Below, one piece after another: positions 39,276 to 52,660 of a DNA stretch of 64,000 bases. The translations under genes were made by a program, and so were the position numbers. How positions within the stretch are numbered: the first letter of the stretch is position 1; every line of letters begins with the position of its first letter. This DNA comes from Octopus vulgaris (lineage: Eukaryota). The stretch lies in assembly GCA_951406725.2 (NCBI GenBank), contig OX597814.1:114824001-114888000 (forward strand), read 5' to 3'. A model generated the notes under the pieces. The model was not told the DNA's origin, made no database searches, and was given only the letters and a program-made list of their open reading frames with translations.

Positions 39276-40202
39276 TTCATTGTTTATGTTTTACAGCACA
39301 CTATACTGGATTCATACTGTTTGTTTGGCCTTCATTTTTCGTTTGTTTCCGCTTGTAGGTTACCTTCTTAAACCATATATCCGCTTTCAGACCTGAAAAA
39401 AAGGCAAATTGTTCCAGCATTATCAAGCGATATCGAGTATTCAGGGTTAATGGCATTGACAGGTTTAAAATCACTTAATGTATACTGAATTTGAGCAACA
39501 TCCCTGGCTCATTGTATTGTTGCCTTTGTATATTTGAACCTCGCGAAAACAAAAGCAAACAAAAACCAGTTTTAAAGTAGATAATCAGCGTTGATATGTA
39601 AATGCGTCGTAAACACGCAATACATTGCTAATTTTAGAACTCTTCAGTTAGGTTGAACATAGATTCTCATGCAACCGGAAGTTAGTACATCATTACCATT
39701 TAAACAGGATAAATCGGTAATAAAAAACAACAACAAACGAAGTGGAAAATTATCTGCTTTACCAGCAAGTCAAGACAGCGGATTTTCCATGAATAGGAGT
39801 ATTGCCCAAGTTCTATTTTGTACTGTAATTTTAGGATCATGATTGCCCTTTGCGGAATAAGTTCTTTGCTTTCTAGATGCTGTTTTGTAACTACACGTTA
39901 AAAATAATTTGTTTAATCTGATGTCATTTTGGTTGCTTAGTAATAATCAGATGTTGCTATAATGGACATACGACACAAATGCCTCGCTCCTGCTGACTTA
40001 TCTTGATTCCCTGGGAGCGTTTATGTCTTTTGACACTAACGGATTGAATGGTACTGCCCACGCATCGAAATTACAGTAACATTCATTTGGCAACTGATGA
40101 TGGGAATGTATATTTGATATGCTTGTTCGTGAATTTTTCATGCTTTAGAATTTTGTTATTCTGAATTGTCCTTCAGTTTCGTACATTTGAAAATGTTTGT
40201 AG

Positions 40203-40245
<43 letters not shown>

Positions 40246-40692
40246 CTAGCTGGCACCGTCCCATCAAAAATGACGGCTAATTGTAGTATTTTATATATAG
40301 ATAAGGTACAAAACCACGGTTTTAGTTTAATAATTCTTTTATTACCAAATTTATAATATATTTTCAACTGAAGTCGTTTTATATTCTTGATACACACAGG
40401 CCGTAATTATTTATGTGTGTGTGTGATTGCAATAATTATTATTAACAAAACAGATAGAATATGGATGATAACTCAAATTAATACACTTGCCAATGTTATC
40501 TTGTGTTTTCTTTTGAGATATGACTCATTCATCGTTTGTTACTGAAAGAACGCTGGTTCACACATTCACGTACTTCCCTTTTACACGCACACACATACAC
40601 ATACATGCTAACACAGAGTTGAAACGCTGTTTGATTTTTCTTGTCACCGTTGAATGTTTACCATCTCACTTTCCTTGTGTGCGCGCACACTC

Positions 40693-40726
<34 letters not shown>

Positions 40727-40931
40727 CATTCACATACCCCCCTTTTACATACACACACATATACTCACACAGAGTTGAAATGCTGTTTGATTCATTTTCT
40801 TCACCATAGAATTTCCATCGTACCACTACCAAGTTTGCCATCACCCCTCCTTCCTTATTCATCTATCACTCCTTCCTTTCTCATTCATATGTTGAGACGG
40901 AGAAAAAACACAAGAATATTATTATAGTAGA
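40246..40931 (-). mobile_element. Non-autonomous Helitron
   Basis: Minus strand starts TCtactataataa and ends ccgtc/gacgg hairpin plus ccagCTAG. Inserted between A and T with no TSD. Confidence 0.75.
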
Positions 40932-40996
40932 TAATGTGTTTAGTGGAAATTACTAGTTCTCTTATTTTGTCCGTCTATATATAAAACAAAAAGGCT

Positions 40997-41262
40997 GGCA
41001 CTCGGTCGGTTACGATGACGCGGGTTCTAGTTGATCTGCTCATGAAATTGACATGTAAGTGGCCGAGTACTCCACAGACATGGGTACCCTTAACACCGTT
41101 GTCAGGGAGGTTCAGCATGACACAAAATGTGACGAGGCCGGCACTTTGAAATGCAGTTACTACTCAATTTTGCCAACAGAGTTGATATAACACGCTCCCA
41201 GGTTTCGAACTCACGACTTTACGATCGTGAGCCCGATATCCTAATCATTAAGGCACACGCCT
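40997..41262 (-). mobile_element. Diverged SINE C-related copy
   Basis: Colinear with 38958-39275, with an internal deletion. Confidence 0.7.
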
Positions 41263-41437
41263 TCACTATCTGTCTATATATACACTCACACATACTCACG
41301 TATGCATATAGTTATATAAATGTACACATTTATAAAGAGTTATTAATAAGGGTTTATCAATCCAGACAAAATATTTCTTGAGATCTCTCCTGATACAAAC
41401 ACACCAGGTTAATAAAAGATTTTTGAACCTGAGCCTC

Positions 41438-41749
41438 CGGCTGACCAAAGCCTTGTGAGTGGATTTGGTAGACGGAAACTGAAAGAAGCCCGTCGTATAT
41501 ATATGTATAAATATGTATGTGTGTGTATAATATTTGTGTGTCTGTGTTTGCCCCCCCCCCAACATCACTTGACAACCAATGGTGGTGTGTTTACATCCCC
41601 GTAACCTAGCGGTTCGGCAAAAGCAACCGACAGCATACGTACTAGGCTTCCAAAGAATAAGTCCTGGGGTCGATTTGCTCGACTAAAGGCGGTGCTCCGG
41701 CATGGCCGCAGTCAAATGACTGAAACAAGTAAAAGATTAAAGAGAGAGT

Positions 41750-41750
<1 letters not shown>
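41438..41750 (+). mobile_element. 5'-truncated SINE B copy
   Basis: Runs from ggctgaccaaagccttgtgagtgg to gactgaaacaagtaaaag. Confidence 0.88.
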
Positions 41751-41811
<61 letters not shown>

Positions 41812-41820
41812 TTTATAGAA

Positions 41821-41875
41821 GGAGCTTCTACAGGACTAGAACTGTTTCATTCAAAAGAAATCATCAGGAAGCTCC
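41821..41875 (-). ncRNA. Type-I hammerhead ribozyme within a 128-bp palindrome
   Basis: Minus strand reads ggagcuuc-CUGAUGA-u-uuc(uuuu)gaa-u-GAA-acag(uucuaguc)cugu-A-gaagcucc. 8-bp stem I, 4-bp stem III, GUA triplet. Confidence 0.78.
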
Positions 41876-42005
41876 CTGATGATTTCTTTTGAATGAAACA
41901 GTTCTAGTCCTGCAGAAGCTCCTTCTATAAAATAAATTCATTTACTCTGCTATGTATTGAGTACCTTATTTACTGTGGTTAACCCCGACTCAACCCGGGA
42001 CCTAC

Positions 42006-42040
<35 letters not shown>

Positions 42041-42055
42041 AACTCATTAGAGGAA

Positions 42056-42192
42056 ATAATTATTGCCTGAGTGTATCAAGAATATAAAACGACTGCAGTT
42101 GAAAGATATATTATAATTTGGTAACAAAATAATTATTAAACTAAAACCGTGGTTTTGTACCATATTTATATATAAAATACTACAAATAGCCT
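42056..42192 (+). mobile_element. Fragment of the Helitron 3' region, inverted relative to 40276-40412
   Basis: tgtatcaagaatataaaacgact..cagttgaaa..aaactaaaaccgtggttttgtacc is the reverse complement of about 40303-40394. Confidence 0.75.
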
Positions 42193-42850
42193 TCAATGCA
42201 TATTAAACACAGCTGTATGTCTCCAGGGCACAAATAATAAATGCATAAAGCCCATTATTTATTCCTTCTCTTATACATAATTCTATATAGATTTTACAGA
42301 ATACTGTAGAAACAAACCAATAATTAGTTAATGGAACTAGCTGTTAAGAATGCATTAAATATCTAATTTAGGAAAGTCCTTTGCAATATTGAATCTATAA
42401 GCAGTTGATGAAATCCAAACCCAGAAGTGAAACTACTTCGGTTCATCGCTACTTTTCGTTCATTAAGACAATATATATGAGGGCCAGGAGTTTTGAAACT
42501 GGCTCCACTGATTCCATTTCCTTTTTACTGCTTCACGAAGTTGTTGCGTATAAAGAGAAACTGTTTGTATGTATGTGGACGTATTCAGTATTTTCAGTGT
42601 TGGCTAAAAAACCCTGGATTTATGTAGAAGTATGACAGAAAGAAAACGTTATTAACGCAGCAGAAAATTATTAATCTGACTAGTTGCCAAGAACAGTTTA
42701 TATATGGAAATTGATCTCTTCACATATATGTATGTATGTGTGTATGTATGTATGTATGTATGTATGTATGTATGTATGTATGTATGTATGGATGGATGTA
42801 TATGTATATATATGCGTATATATATATATATTTGTGTGTGTAAATGTATG

Positions 42851-42889
<39 letters not shown>

Positions 42890-43744
42890 GCGTTGTATGT
42901 ATATATATATGTATATATATGTATTTACATGCTTATACGAAATATGTATATGTACATACATATTAGATTTGTGTGTGTTAGGCTCTGTGTTTGTGTGAGC
43001 ATGTACTTATATATACGAACGCCTTTGACCCAGCTTGTCTCCTAATTTTCAAGTAGGAGCCATTGGTTACGTGTATGTGTTTATGTATGAATACGTGTCG
43101 ACGCGTGCTTCTGTATATTTGTCATTGCGTATTTTTAATAATTCAACCCAACATACGAAACAGAGAACGCAAAATAAGCAAGATATTGAAATACAGAAAT
43201 ATTCTCCTAAAATAGAATATATTTCTATCTTTCTGATGTGAATCTCTTTACTTTTTATTTCAACATAACGCTTTGTTACATTTGATGACAAGGCTGTATA
43301 AGAATGCTATTTATAAACAGCAAAACATATATCTCTTCAGTTCTCTGTATACGATGTGTTTTGGTTATGTTATAGCGTGCAGTCTGTGAGTATTAGTTTT
43401 TGGCCAGAAGATCTCCAAATAGACAATCAGCTCCATTGCATTTCCAGTAACTTGTGTGAGTGGATTGTGTCTGTGTATGGCAGGCAGAATAAATACCACG
43501 AGGCATCTTGGCCTAAATATACCTATCGGTTTTGTTTGGTGTTGATGTTTTTTGCCTATGTATACATCTTTCACTCATGCACATTTTAAAACAGCCTTTC
43601 AATGGATTTCTTCTTTTCAAACGAACCGAATTCCGGCAGCAATTACACCATAAAGTAAATGTTTAGGATTACAATGTTCAGCCATTGTCATAGGTGTTCT
43701 GTCCGCACATTAAGGACAATAGTTGACAAGAATGCTTTCTGGTA

Positions 43745-44154
43745 GGCGAGCTGGCAGAAACGTTAGCACGCCGGGTGAAATGCTTAGCAGTATTTTGTCT
43801 GCCTCTACGTTCTGAGTTCAAATTCCGCCGAGGTCGACTTTGCTTTTCATCCTTTCGTGGTCGATTAAATAAGTATTAGTTACGCACTATGGTCGATATA
43901 ATCGACTTAATCCCTTTGTTTGTCCTTGTTTGTCTCCTCTGTGTGTAGCCCCTGTGGGTAGTAAAGAAATAGGTATTTTGTCTGCCGCTACGTTCTGAGT
44001 TCAAATTCCGCCGAGGTCGACTTTGCCTTTCATCCTTTCGGGGTCGATTAAATAAGTATTAGTTACGCACTGGGGTCGATATAATCGACTTAATCCCTTT
44101 GTTTGTCCTTGTTTGTCTCCTCTGTGTGTAGCCGCTTGTGGGCAGTAAAGAAAT
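43745..44154 (+). mobile_element. SINE A homodimer with 14-bp TSD
   Basis: TSD aagaatgctttctg at 43728-43741 and 44155-44168. Junction aaagaaata|ggtattttgtctg. Confidence 0.9.
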
Positions 44155-44369
44155 AAGAATGCTTTCTGTTTGGAATTTGACATCTCAGATAAATTTCTGG
44201 ATTTGGTGTAAAAGTAGTTCGTTTTCTTCTTCCCACCAGAATTCTGCGCAAGTCGCGCTGAACGAGTCTCGATAAGATTCTTAGATGACGTTTATACACT
44301 AGTCGTAGTTCACGAATCTATAAAAGAGGTGAGACGTCACAGGCTTGATATACATATCAAGTCGGTTTG

Positions 44370-45460
44370 TCTTCTTTTCCTCCATCTTCCCAAAAGCTTT
44401 GGTTACTTTTTCCAAGTCTTAAGGTGATTTACTTGGCTAAGAAACCATCTTACGAGAATCTACTACCAAGGCACCGAACTGATCAACAGCCATACGACGC
44501 TGACCGAATACAAGAATATTTTGTTCTACCAACATGGAGTCGGTTGCTGCATGTTGACTATCCAATTTACATTAGTTGTAAAAGCAAAACCTGAATATAT
44601 ATTGGAGAGGTGTCCATTAGGTCCTGCAACTCGTGCGCACTTTTACTAGGTTGCTAGGTCACAGTCATCAGTGTAGAGTAGATCGCATATGAGAATTGTC
44701 AGCACCTTAGCGTTTACACCAAGTAGAAGTAGAATGAAACACTCACCAGTAGGTCTACATCTTCCATTTTCATTTGTTAAAATTGCTTTACAAAATATTC
44801 CAAAAAGCTGTGGTACAAGAATGCAACCCTGTTTCACATCATTTGCAATTGAAACGAGGTCTGAGAGAGAACGCAATCAAATTTCACCCATTCGCTGCTA
44901 TCATCGCGGTGTCATCACGTAGTAATAAAAGAAAAAGGAGAAAGCAACTGAGCTTAGAACCATTCAAAATATTATTTGACCATTAACAGCTGCAATGTTT
45001 TCTTTCGAAATCGATGAAACATTGATAGTGGTCGAGATTTTGATCGATGCACTTTTCCTGTTGATGCCATGCAGTGAATATCATATCAATAATACTATAT
45101 CATTTTGAACCAACGCCATATTTAGTTTCCCGATATATTTTTCTAAACTGTTTCGAAAGACATTGACAAATACATTCCCAACATTGGAGAGTAAAACATT
45201 TCCCCGATAATTACCCCAAATATCTTCGAATTCTTGAACAGAAAAATAAGCAGCTCATCCATCCAGCGGTAATATGTTCCTTTAGCTCAGACTGAAACAC
45301 ACGCACATCATGTAAGAACCCAGTAAGCTTAGAAATGCCTACTTGTTGAATTTCGCGCATATGACATCAAGGCCAGCTACTTTCCCAGTGTTTCTTTTGC
45401 CTAAAAACTTTGATTTCTTCTACAAGGCTAGAGATATTCCCTAGCATTTCTTTTATTTGA
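44370..45460 (-). pseudogene. RTE-clade LINE reverse transcriptase fragment
   Basis: Remnants GKVAGLDVI, GNYRGNVLLSNVGNV, NDVKQGCILVPQLFGIF, DLLYTDDCDL. Compare the RTE motifs GKAPGPDGI, NYRGISLLS, GVKQGC, LLFADD. Confidence 0.85.
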
Positions 45461-47290
45461 TGTTAGTCTTAAAATCAGTCTTGATGTATTTTTATTCACT
45501 TGCGAGATTTCGACGAGTATCACAGACACGCACAAAGACCGAGAGACTGTTGTATAATTATGGCCTCTTTTTGCACAAGATTAAATGTGTCGTTATTTTG
45601 TGTATATGCATGGACATCTATTCATAACTTATCCCCAGCACGTGGTATTACTACTTCATTAAAAGTACATTTCTGGAGACATGTGATTATGAAGCGCTCT
45701 TTACCAAACAGGCATGCCAGCAAATAAAATGTGAATATTGAATTTAATACATCTCTAGATTCTTGGTTTGTACATTATGCCGTTGAACACACGGGTTTCT
45801 CTTGTATTGACTGCTCCATTAAACAGCCAAATGTTAAAATGATTCAGAATTTTTGTCTCCAAATATAAGCCTTTTAGGTACCTTCTATGCGGTAAATATG
45901 TCCTAGAAATAGTTGTCAAATCTCTTTCAAACCACATTCTGCATTAGTCAAAACAGAACATATTGAATCATGCAACCCTACTACGCTACTAGATTCGAAA
46001 GTGAAAGCAAAAACTCGGAATCGTCATGGCTTGAACTCCTTAGGTCTTATTCTACTTAGAGCTGACACAAGCTAGCGAGTAAAACCTAACGTAATATAAG
46101 GAGATATCATGCTTTAGTATGGGTTGGTAGCTAATTGTTTTAGGTGCCTATGTTAGTCGTAAGCAGTTATAGACATACTCTCGCCCTCCTTTACTTTTTA
46201 CGAAACAGAATCTTGGTACATGACTGCTAGGAAAGAAAGAGCTGTACCAGCAACTGGTTGATATACAATGCAGTAGAGAAGAGTAGATCAAGGAGAGATA
46301 AATTTCTTTACTTATGGAAATTTCGTACCACCCAGTTCATGAATGGATCCCAGGAACTTACGACCATGGAGCAAACACTTTAACCACTAAGCCACGAGGC
46401 CAGCAAAAAATATACAACTATGGATGTTGAACTTTACGAAAACAGTGTTTTGTTTCTGCATCTGATTTTTCTATATGTGAGCTACAAGTTAACGAGAAAG
46501 CCTCGATTACGTTACTTAAATCCGCTAGAAAGAGCAGCCAAAACTTCGATACAACTCTTTTACTGTCTTAAAAATAAAAGTGAATTTGATAAGGTAGACG
46601 TAGATAGGGTCTTCCTGAAACAACAAATACAGACTGCTTTTAATCATAGGTTTACTACATCAATGATAATATGCGCTACCCCACCACCGCCACCAACAAC
46701 AACTGCAACATCTACAACAACAACTATATTGCACTGCACACAAGCTTATCTGAAATGCAAATGCAAGGAAATTTAAAAGGTGTGAGAGTGCCTTGGAACC
46801 TCAAAGTAGTGTGCCCGGGAGACTCATGAATATCATCCAACGGAAAAGATTTCGGTTATCAAAGTATAATAATATATGAGGAAATACTGTCAGCTGAAAC
46901 ACCTGCGAATGAAGGTGAAGTATCAATATTATCGATCAATAAAGATATAGAGACTGTGCTATCATGTTTGTATACAGGTGAGAAACAGAGAGATGAAGCG
47001 AGAGAGAGAGACAGAGAGACAGAGGGAGAAATGGGGGTAGGGAATATGTGACAGAGAAAAAGCGAGATATGGAAACAGGTAGAGAAAGAGAGAATGAAGG
47101 AATGAAGGAAACAAGAAAGACGAAGAGAGCAAATGAGAAAGTGAACGAAAGGAAAGAGTGAATGAAATGCTGAAAAAGATGAAGGAGCGAAACGAAAACC
47201 CGAACTGATGGCAATTAGTATAGAGTATTTAGACACATACCTATACAAATGTTCATATATGTATTCATGTATATATCCAGGTATGCGCAC

Positions 47291-47330
<40 letters not shown>

Positions 47331-47551
47331 CTGTGTGTGTGTGTGTATTGTATGACAAGATACTCGAAAGAGAGCAGTAATCTCGAACTCCTTCCTTCAC
47401 CTAAACCAACCACATAAGAATGGCCATTGGAAGGGTGACACTGGCATTGCCCCAGCATGGCCACAGGGCCAAAGAAATAAGAGAATATAAATACACATGC
47501 ATATACATGTATATATACATGCATACATCTGTGCGTGTGTATGTGTGGACA

Positions 47552-47620
<69 letters not shown>

Positions 47621-48037
47621 GTATATATGCATGACAAAGAGAGAGAGAGAGAGGAAAAGTGCACTCTGCCAAAAGTAATGAGAACAAGATTTTCATCAGG
47701 TGAATATCAATAATCCAGTTGCAGAAGAGTATTTTCGAAGAATTTGTTTGTGTGTTCGCGATATTCAACTTAGCAGAAAGCGATACACAGGAAAGGTAGA
47801 GAGTAGTCTACTAATGGAGACAACAAGTTCAGCTTGGATGACAGAATCTATAGAATGCCAAAAGAACGAGAAAGAATATGAACCGATTTCGTTGTTCTCC
47901 TCAAATCACGAACACGCAAATAAGTAATAACATGGAAAGTAACCGGAAAACAAAAACGTAGTATTACATGTGCCGAGGAGAGCAACGGAAAAGTACAGTA
48001 ATATAATAGACAAGCACGCACACACACACACACGCAC

Positions 48038-48141
<104 letters not shown>

Positions 48142-48360
48142 GCGTGTGTATAGTGTGTGCATGTGTATGTATATATGAGCACACACACACACACATATAT
48201 GATAATAATAATAATAATAATGATAATAATGGTAATAATAATAAATTTGTGTATGTGACGTAGCAAATTTTTGCTGAACCCTAATTATAATTATACTCAT
48301 AATTATAAAAAAAATATTGTTTATATATATATATATATACATACATATATAAATATGTAT

Positions 48361-48411
<51 letters not shown>

Positions 48412-48615
48412 CACATACATACATATATATATATATATATACTCACATCTAACTAGCCACAAACTATCACTAAGAACGTAAAATTTCCTTTTTCTTCTCC
48501 CTTTCTCTTCCTCTCTCTCTTTCTCTCTGATACATATATATATGTGTGTGCACATATGTATTTATAAGCGCATACCGACACAAAAACACACACACATACG
48601 CACATAACCGATCTT

Positions 48616-48646
<31 letters not shown>

Positions 48647-49623
48647 CTATATATATATATACATTTAAATCCGTTCATTTGATTGATATCTCATTAATGT
48701 GATTGCATTACTATGAATCTTCACCTGGAATACAATTTACTGTCACTGATTACCTTTTCCTAATTCCTCTCACCTTAATTGTCTCCTTCTCTCTCGATAT
48801 TCACCTAAATTACCAACCTTGCTAGCTAGGTAACTATTTGATACAGTTCTCCTCTCTCTATATATGTTTACCAGTCTACCTCCTACTTCACTCTACATAC
48901 TTCTCTTCTTATACACATGATCGCAAGAAGCACTGTCATACCAATAAATATACATACACGTATGCAGGTAATTTAAAAAGTAAAATAAAACAGTTCTAGA
49001 AATAGGCCAGATGAAAACTACTTAGATAGTGATGTCACCTGTGTGGAAACTAACCTCAAGTGATGATTGAGAGTAATAATGAGAATATTGATGATAATTA
49101 TGATGATGATGACGATGATGATGATGGTGATTTCTTTATTTAAGGAACGAAAATATCAAGATTATCTGGCATCGGTAGCTTTGGCTAATTAGTATTGATT
49201 TTGTTGTTATTTCCATAATTGTGATTTCTTGCGAAATATATTATCTTAATATTACGACTACGCAACAAAAACAACAACTACAGCATCATGAACAACAACA
49301 TGGCCCCACTTTATTCATTAAATATTAATTAGTGATAATTTTAATCATTCCGCTTGTTTCAGCTCACCAACCACGGCTAAGTACATGCTAAGAGAACCGC
49401 TTTATATGTACACACACACACACACACACAGACGCATGCACACACACACACACACACATACACATATCTGTGTATGGTGGTTGTAAGGAAGCTAGATTCA
49501 CAACCACGTAATTTCTTGAGGTTGTTTCTTCTACTGTAGCACTGGGCTTATGAATGCTTTGTGAGTGAAGTGGGTAAATGGAAACTGTGTAGAATCCCTC
49601 TGTCCATGTATATATATATATAT

Positions 49624-49848
49624 AGGCGGGCTGGCAGAACTGTTAGCACTCTGGGCGAAATGCGTAGCCGTATTTCGTCTGCCGTTACGTTCTGAGTTCA
49701 AATTCCGCCGAGGTTGACTTTGCCTGTCATCCTTTCGGGGTGGATAAATTAAGTTCCAGTTACACACTGGGGTCGATGTAATCGACTTAATCCGTTTGTC
49801 TGTCATTGTTTATCCCCTCTATGTTTAGCCCCTTGTGGGTAATAAAGA

Positions 49849-49850
<2 letters not shown>
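49624..49850 (+). mobile_element. SINE A inserted in the internal (TA)n tract of a diverged SINE B (about 49480-50120)
   Basis: Full family-A copy flanked by tatatata on both sides, with family-B halves upstream and downstream. Confidence 0.8.
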
Positions 49851-49884
<34 letters not shown>

Positions 49885-50454
49885 TATGTGTGTCTGTGTG
49901 TTTGTCTTTGTCTCCCACAACAGCTTGACCACCGGTGTAGGTGTGTTTACGCTCATGTAACCTTCGGGCCTGAGACACCGATTAAATTAGTGCCATGCTT
50001 TAAAAAATATGTAAGTACTGTGATTGATTCGTTCGACTAAAATTCTTCAAAGCGGTGCCCCGGTATGTCCACAATGTAATGACTGAAAGTGTAAAATACA
50101 AACAAAAAGATAAAAGATAGATTTTTGTTTTTATGTTTCCCCTCCACCACTGTTTGACAAACCGGCGCTGGTTTGTTTGCGTCCTTTCAATTTAACCGTT
50201 CGGCAAAAATGGGCGATGGAATATGTGCCAGACAGAAAACTAAGCATTTGGGTTTATTTGTTCGACAAACCCTTCAACGCAGTACCAAAATTTGGTCGCA
50301 GACCAGTAGCTAAAACAAGCAATGCATTTATGTATATATATATATATATATATAATTATTTAATTGTTACAGTTGAAAAAGTCTCAATGACTGAAACCGA
50401 TACTGAAATGTTTTTTATAAAATTATTTTAGCATTTTCTATCTTGACTTTTTTT

Positions 50455-50499
<45 letters not shown>

Positions 50500-52314
50500 G
50501 TAATATAATGTAATATAATGTATGTATGTAGGTATGTATGAATGTATATATGTTTATATGAATTTATATATGTTTATATGTATGTATATACGCGTGTATG
50601 TATGTATAGATATATGTGTATGTATAGATATATGTTAGAAAACCATATCATTTCTACACTTCCTGCATTATTCTTCAATAACCCTTATGAAGAAAAAACC
50701 GAGTCCATGAACCGTTTTCCATTTGCAACTAACGGCTATTGCTTTTTACATACAAGATTAAAACTCTGAGCATATCCGTTTAAAACACTGAAACACGTTA
50801 GAAAATATCTAAATCTACACGTCAGTGAGAGAAATCATATGTTATAAATGAGAAACTAAACCACGCTTTACCATGGGTTTCATAGTTTAAATTTTGAATT
50901 CAAGGCAGGTGAAACCCGACAAATAGCTTTTTACATTAAGCTGTTTTCATTTTTTTTACTCATTAATTGTAGGCGTCGTATGGCCGAATGATTAAGAATT
51001 TAGTTTTGCTTCTACGAGGTGCTGGGTTCAATTTCACTGCAAAGCACCTTTGGCAATTGTCAAGGTACCTTGTGAAGGTAATTGGGTAGACAACAGTAGC
51101 GTCGCTGGACGGACGTGGAGCGTTAGTAAGGTGGGAGACCCTATGTGGATCTTTCATAGGGGCGGCAATCTGGTGTCTGCTGTATAAGACTGTATAGGCA
51201 ACAACCTCGAGGGGACCTGCAACCTCAAGGACTATACCTGGTGGTACACACACTAGCTACGCCACCATTACACACAACAGCATACAAGCCCGTTGAGTAG
51301 ATTGTAACTGAAATTGAAAATGTACAGCGTTGTCACACACTGAGTCATGCTGAGTCTACCAGGGAAAACACAAATATTTGTGACATGCTCAACTAGTTAC
51401 ACGTCAATACAAGAGTAGGTTATTCAATGGATCAAATAACTTAATCCATATCGTTGAACGTCGGAGATCTACCTTACCATACCAGCCTGAAATGCACAAG
51501 AGTGATTTATAAGAGAATTTTTGCCGTTGGTGGTGGTGTTGTTTATGTCATTGCTACTATTGCCTCTTCCAGACCAGCTCCGACCCAGTAGACCTGCGAG
51601 GTATTTCAACATTAAACTTTCAAATACAGTATAACTTAGACTTCTTTGTCTAATATGACCTGTTTTTTTTTATTTGACAGTAGTGAGTGGTTATAAAGTA
51701 ATTAGGTTACAGTTTCCAACAGTTGGAAATACCACGAAAAAACACTTATATAAACACAGCTTGTAGAGGAGGAACTTCGTGGGGCTGATGTTTTGATATT
51801 CATAAAAATGAATATCGAAAACATCTCTGTCGATGAGAAAGACAAGAGATATGAGGAATTACATAGAAATTCCATCTTTGTGTATGTAATAAACCGTTGT
51901 GTATTCTCTTTCTTTTTCCTTTCATATTTGAATAGTTGGAATTAGGGAATGTGATACTAAAAATGAAGAGGTAAAAAAGATGAGGTTAATTATTCGTTTA
52001 GCTAATCCCACAAAATCCTCTCGCTCGTTCATCATCTATTCCTCCTCACGGTGTATCTCTTTTCAATGTTCTATATATTTGTGTAGATATTTGTATGATG
52101 TCTATATTTTGTCCTCAATTCATCTGAATTATAAATCGATCAGATGCCGTTATTTAAATGTGTCTATCAACCTACATCTCTCTTTCTCTCTCTGTCTCTC
52201 CCTCCCTCAATCAAAGACTCAATAAACACAAACACACACACACACACACGCATATACATTGACAAGAACCAAATCAGAAATACACATTAACTATATTAGA
52301 GTGAAATATTTAAG

Positions 52315-52660
52315 GCATGGCTCTGTGGTAAAAAGCTTACTTCCCAACCATACGGTTCAGCCCCACTACGTAACACTTTGGGCTAGTGTCTTCTAGCATA
52401 CGCCCGGCCAACCAAATTCTTGTCTGTGGATTTGACACACGGAAGCTAAAAATGCCCGTGTGTGTGCGTGTTTGTTCTCCACCACTGCTTGACAACCGAT
52501 GTTGGTTTATTTACATCTATGTCATTGTAACTTAGCGTTTCGGCAAAAGTGACGATAGAATAAATACAAGGCTTTAAAAAAGGACTGATTTAGATTCGTT
52601 CTTGTAAAACCTCTCAAAGCGGTGCCCCAGCATGGCCACAGCGAACGGCAGAAAAGATAT
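52315..52660 (+). mobile_element. Diverged SINE B copy
   Basis: Head ggcatggctctgtggtaa, then cttgacaaccgatgttgg and gcggtgccccagcatggcc. Confidence 0.75.

Noticed and set aside
42400-42450. Hammerhead-like uugauga...gaaac
   Set aside because: The C3U change is uncompensated, and there is no stem II or stem I.
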